A DNA stretch of 58,113 nucleotides, from positions 1-58,113 of IMG/VR virus record IMGVR_UViG_3300035529_000070; one strand, 5' to 3'. The stretch comes from a virus. Under the pieces are notes generated by a model. That model ran no database searches. It saw only the letters and a list, made by a program, of their open reading frames with translations, and had not been told where the DNA came from. Positions 54,252-58,113 of this stretch are shown here, one piece after another (the stretch's first letter is position 1; each line of letters opens with the position of its first letter). The translations under genes and the position numbers were made by a program.

Positions 54252-56756
54252 TTAAGTAGCCGGTTTAGCAATTTCGTTTAACACCACAGTTTGTTCAAAA
54301 ATTCTCGATGATACTACATTAGGAATGAGTATTGGTGTTGGGTGAGGATCTGAATCGGTTGTCCCTATTCCAAGTTGGCCATAACCATTATATCCCCAAA
54401 TATACAACTTGCCTGTCTCTGTTATGGCTGAGGAATGATTTCTCCCTAAACTAACAGCCACTATTTTCTCACCACCAAATGAATCTATTAATGTTGGGGT
54501 AGTTCTGCTAGTTGTAGTGCCATCACCAAGTTCACCATTATTATTATATCCCCAAGTATACAACTTACCTGTCTCCGTTATGGCTGAGGAGTGATAGCCA
54601 CCTAAACTAACAGATACTATCTTCTCTCCACCAAATGCGTCTATGAGGGTTGGGGTATTTCGTTGAGTTGTAGTACCATCGCCAAGTTGGCCGTAATTAT
54701 TAAAGCCCCAAGTATAGAGTTTGCCCGTTTCTGTTATGGCTGAGGAGTGATGCGTTCCTAAACTAACAGATACTATCTTCTCTCCACCAAATGCGTCTAT
54801 GAGGGTTGGAGTGTTCCTTTGAGTTGTAGTACCATCGCCAAGTCGGCCATAGTTATTTAATCCCCAGGTATACAACTTACCTGTCTCCGTTATGGCTGAG
54901 GAATGATAATACCCTAAACTAACAGCCACTACTTTCTCGCCGCCAAATGAATCTATTAAGGTTGGAGTAGATATATTGGTTGTAGTACCATCACCAAGTT
55001 GGCCATAGTAATTATATCCCCAGATATACAACTTGCCTGTCTCCGTTATAGCTGAGGAATGACTTGCCCCTAAACTAACAGCCACTATTTTCTCGCCGTT
55101 GAAAGCATCTATTAAAGTTGGGGTGCTTTTATTTGTTGTAGTACCATCGCCAAGTTGGCCATATTGATTCCAACCCCAAGTATAGAGTTTACCCGTCTCC
55201 GTTATGGCTGAGGAATGGTCTTGTCCTGAACTAACCGCCACTATTTTTTCTTCATGGAAAGCGCTTGAAATCATGTTTATTTTTTTTGTTTCACCATAAT
55301 CTCCTAAAGTTCCATAATTGTTAGAACCAACAGAATATATGTTGTCATTTATATCTATAAAATAGCTAAAGGAATAAGTAGAATGTTTTGCAGTATACAC
55401 TTCTTTAATATTTTGAGGAAAATTATTTGTCACTTCAACTAAATCCATACTATCTATTGTGTCGTTAGTTCCTAATTGTCCATAATCATTTAAACCTGCT
55501 CCAAACACTTTATAATCCTGAGTAACAAACAAAGCATGTGTGTCGTCTATACTGACATCTAATATTAAACCTCCATTAAAATAAGGTGTTATATCCGTTA
55601 AATCCTGCAATGTAGTGTCATTGCCTAAACCTAATTTTCCATTAGAGTTATCACCTGCAACAAATAGCTTTCCAGAAGTCGTTATAACAGCTATATTATT
55701 TTCATAAGTTTTTATTTTTTCTGGGACTTCACTATTTAGATAACTTGTTAAATCTGTAGGTAAAGATAAATCGGTTGTATCTCCAGTTCCAAATTGATAA
55801 TAACCATTGTCTCCTAATCCGTAAATTTTATTGGATTGAGTTAAAAATAAAGCTATAGACCCCGTTGAAGAAATATCTTTAATTATTTCTCCATTAAAAT
55901 AAGATGTTATATCAACTGGAGATAATGCATCAACAGATGACCCAGGAACTAAAGTCAAATTACCAGAAGCATATATTTTGCTGTTTTCAGATAAAAAGAA
56001 CGAATTATATCTACCTGTTTCAACTTTTACAATTTTATCTGGAAATTGAGATGTTATTTCAACCCAATCAGTTTGATCTATTCCAGTTCCATCAGCAAGT
56101 TCACCATTGGTATTTTCTCCAATCGCAAAAACTCGTCCGCTATCCATAACAACTATATTATGATAACCTCTACCAGCAACATCAACTATAATTTCACCAA
56201 TCGGCAATTTATTCTTTTCTTCAGACATTAACTCCCTATCTCCATAATCTCTGAATTTTTGATAGTTATAACCACAATTGAATAAATGATTATCTGATGT
56301 TAAATATAGAACATCAGTTCCAGATAATTCTAATCTTTTTTTTATTTTACCCTCTATACTTTTTTTGATTTGTGTAAAGTCATACTTTGTTTCAAAAGAA
56401 TCATCAAATCCCGAAGGTTCCCCTCCTGTACTGCTGACAAAAACTTCACCCAATTCAGTTAATATAAAGGTATGGTTATATCCTGTCAACATATCAGGAG
56501 AAGCTATTTTAGCACTACCTCTTTTTTTATTTATTAAATTAGGTTGCACTTTCAAATATATTTTCGTTGTCCCTGTAGCTAACTGCCCGGGGTATAACAA
56601 TATTTTTTTAGTTTCAATATCTTCTATCCAAAAATCTATTTCGTTTCCATTGGCATCTTCAAATAAAAAATTACAGTAATAATTCCCTTGTGCATCAACA
56701 TCAATCACAAAAGGTTGCCCTGATGTCTGCTTTGGTAATAACACATCCCAACTCAT
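54252..56756 (-). CDS. RCC1/BLIP-II repeat beta-propeller protein (putative receptor-binding adhesin)
   Basis: Diverged RCC1 repeats followed by six near-identical 52-aa VSLGxxHSSAITETGKLYTWGxNxYGQLGDG repeats. Confidence 0.9.
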   Translation of the reverse strand: MSWDVLLPKQTSGQPFVIDVDAQGNYYCNFLFEDANGNEIDFWIEDIETKKILLYPGQLATGTTKIYLKVQPNLINKKRGSAKIASPDMLTGYNHTFILTELGEVFVSSTGGEPSGFDDSFETKYDFTQIKKSIEGKIKKRLELSGTDVLYLTSDNHLFNCGYNYQKFRDYGDRELMSEEKNKLPIGEIIVDVAGRGYHNIVVMDSGRVFAIGENTNGELADGTGIDQTDWVEITSQFPDKIVKVETGRYNSFFLSENSKIYASGNLTLVPGSSVDALSPVDITSYFNGEIIKDISSTGSIALFLTQSNKIYGLGDNGYYQFGTGDTTDLSLPTDLTSYLNSEVPEKIKTYENNIAVITTSGKLFVAGDNSNGKLGLGNDTTLQDLTDITPYFNGGLILDVSIDDTHALFVTQDYKVFGAGLNDYGQLGTNDTIDSMDLVEVTNNFPQNIKEVYTAKHSTYSFSYFIDINDNIYSVGSNNYGTLGDYGETKKINMISSAFHEEKIVAVSSGQDHSSAITETGKLYTWGWNQYGQLGDGTTTNKSTPTLIDAFNGEKIVAVSLGASHSSAITETGKLYIWGYNYYGQLGDGTTTNISTPTLIDSFGGEKVVAVSLGYYHSSAITETGKLYTWGLNNYGRLGDGTTTQRNTPTLIDAFGGEKIVSVSLGTHHSSAITETGKLYTWGFNNYGQLGDGTTTQRNTPTLIDAFGGEKIVSVSLGGYHSSAITETGKLYTWGYNNNGELGDGTTTSRTTPTLIDSFGGEKIVAVSLGRNHSSAITETGKLYIWGYNGYGQLGIGTTDSDPHPTPILIPNVVSSRIFEQTVVLNEIAKPAT
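54365..55250 (-). repeat. 156-bp coding tandem repeat, about six copies
   Basis: Recurring gttatggctgagga and gtaccatcgccaagttggcc at 156-bp period. Confidence 0.9.
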
Positions 56757-56769
56757 TCAATATCACCTC

Positions 56770-57327
56770 TTAAAATTGTAGTAATAACTGTGGTTTTTCT
56801 ACAGTCACCTCTGGATTATTAACAACTATCTCGAATTTGTCAAACTCAGATACCCCTATAGTGGCAGTACCCAATTGTATCTTCAACCTATAATGAAGCA
56901 GACCTGAAAAACTACTCGAATCTATATTGATTTCATATTTATCAAATTCTGTTACTGTAGGTTTGGTTATAGGTAATTCTTCTGTACCGACAACAACATT
57001 TAAACCCTCATAATTCGCAGTAGACTTTTGCTGATCAAAAACTGGAACTGTATATTTATATCTGCCAGGGATTGTCGCTGGTTCATTACCACGGCCATAA
57101 TTTCTGTTTAACGGATGTGGTTTTAGATAATATTTAGTTACTCCCGTTGGCAGTTTTTCAGGAAACAAAACTATTTCCTTTGAATCTATATCTTTTATCC
57201 AAAAATCTATTTCATTCCCATTTATATCTTCAAACAAAAAATTACAATAATAACTGTCACTAGAATCCCTTTCAATAACAAAAGGATTTGCATAATTTGT
57301 TTGAGGTAACAATACATTCCAAGCCAT
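56770..57327 (-). CDS. putative tail-associated protein; N-domain shared with the RCC1 protein, C-domain shared with 57341-58090
   Basis: YYCNFLFED.NGNEIDFWI and EFDKFEI.V.N...E.PQL.L.F motifs. Confidence 0.8.
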   Translation of the reverse strand: MAWNVLLPQTNYANPFVIERDSSDSYYCNFLFEDINGNEIDFWIKDIDSKEIVLFPEKLPTGVTKYYLKPHPLNRNYGRGNEPATIPGRYKYTVPVFDQQKSTANYEGLNVVVGTEELPITKPTVTEFDKYEINIDSSSFSGLLHYRLKIQLGTATIGVSEFDKFEIVVNNPEVTVEKPQLLLQF

Positions 57328-57340
57328 AATTATTACCTCC

Positions 57341-58090
57341 CTAAAAATTAAGTATTAGTTGTGGATTTTCAATCTGTGCATCATTGTTTATCACATTAAT
57401 TTCAAATTTATCAAATTCATTGCTAACTGTATCAGAAGATAATTGTAATTCTAAAGTGTAATTCAACATCTCTTTGTCCAATGGGTTATCCAAGGAAATT
57501 TCATACTGTTCGAATTTAGGTTTTAAAAATATATAAGAGTTTACACCTTCATTTTCTGGATGTCCTACAGAAGCAACGAATTCATTGTTTACTGGAAAAA
57601 CTGTGTAAAAATATTTATCACTACTATTAATATCTGTGAAGATTGGGTCTGTATCTTCCACTTTCACCAATCCATTTTTATATACTTTAGCAACAAAATC
57701 ACCATCATCTCTATTCTGAGGATATGAACCTAACTTTCTCCTGATTTCAGAGAAGTTCCAGGTAGGATCATCAGGGTTTTGAAAATATATGTAAGCTAGC
57801 CCTCCATTGTCGTTAAAATATTGTTTGATAACAAAGTTATTAACTAACCCCTCATAAGGATCGGCATTAGGATCAAAGTTTTTATCTATTATTTCTAATT
57901 CTTTATTCGTATCTTTAACTATCAAACCACTTTTTGAAAAAGAAAATATCTCTATCTGTTTATTAGTTGTAGATATTATGTTGGTAGGGGAAACCGCTGC
58001 AAACAGTTCCCCTTTATTAGTCAAAACAAAGCCATTTTTTATCGATTTAGCGTTTTCTATACCGGATATCTTTACGAATCCTCCACTCAT
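57341..58090 (-). CDS. putative tail-associated protein
   Basis: aaggtgg RBS; degenerate RCC1-like N-terminus; shared C-terminal module. Confidence 0.75.
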   Translation of the reverse strand: MSGGFVKISGIENAKSIKNGFVLTNKGELFAAVSPTNIISTTNKQIEIFSFSKSGLIVKDTNKELEIIDKNFDPNADPYEGLVNNFVIKQYFNDNGGLAYIYFQNPDDPTWNFSEIRRKLGSYPQNRDDGDFVAKVYKNGLVKVEDTDPIFTDINSSDKYFYTVFPVNNEFVASVGHPENEGVNSYIFLKPKFEQYEISLDNPLDKEMLNYTLELQLSSDTVSNEFDKFEINVINNDAQIENPQLILNF

Positions 58091-58113
58091 GTCAACACCA
58101 CCTTAATTAGTCC

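Noticed and set aside
54252-56756. Diversity-generating retroelement target
   Set aside because: No reverse transcriptase or non-coding template repeat in the window, and the variation is not evidently limited to adenine positions.
1-58113. Alternative genetic code (stop-codon reassignment)
   Set aside because: Standard-code ORFs tile the window densely, TAA, TAG and TGA all end genes followed by RBS-led starts, and the tRNA is not a suppressor.
1-58113. Host or taxonomic assignment
   Set aside because: Low GC and strong SD use fit several anaerobic or Gram-positive-like hosts; no marker gene in the window settles it without a search.

Overview
AT-rich (roughly 28-30% GC by eye) segment of what is almost certainly a large, jumbo-like tailed phage genome with strong AGGAGG ribosome-binding sites and sigma70-type promoters. 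Plus-strand blocks (1-1.6, 4.2-6.2, 9.6-19.2 and 26.7-33.3 kb) hold small 'early' genes: an ArdA-like antirestriction protein, a DUF262 protein, a BRO/antirepressor, a hexapeptide-repeat protein, and a tandem array of about 8-11 proteins that share only a C-terminal Y-x3-P-(D/N)-x-Y-K motif. Most of these blocks follow a recurring TGGTATAT motif. Minus-strand blocks hold virion and tail genes (baseplate-like proteins, an RCC1-repeat adhesin, an HxH fibre-like protein), a phage sigma factor, a tmRNA plus tRNA-Ser(GCT), and a dispersed family of 8-9 proteins, mostly glycine-zipper, sharing an N-terminal 'MIxxEFIKTA / MxKTARYYKxA' leader that resembles a capsid-targeting or cleavage signal. The non-coding DNA is rich in structure: a type II hammerhead ribozyme (4956-5021), a 5' leader RNA motif in three covarying copies, a tandem promoter-terminator array that would make three ~70-nt small RNAs (6248-6519), two H-type pseudoknots abutting Shine-Dalgarno sequences, and a five-copy palindromic repeat array (19214-19387). 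All protein calls come from motif recognition by eye; no database search was run.
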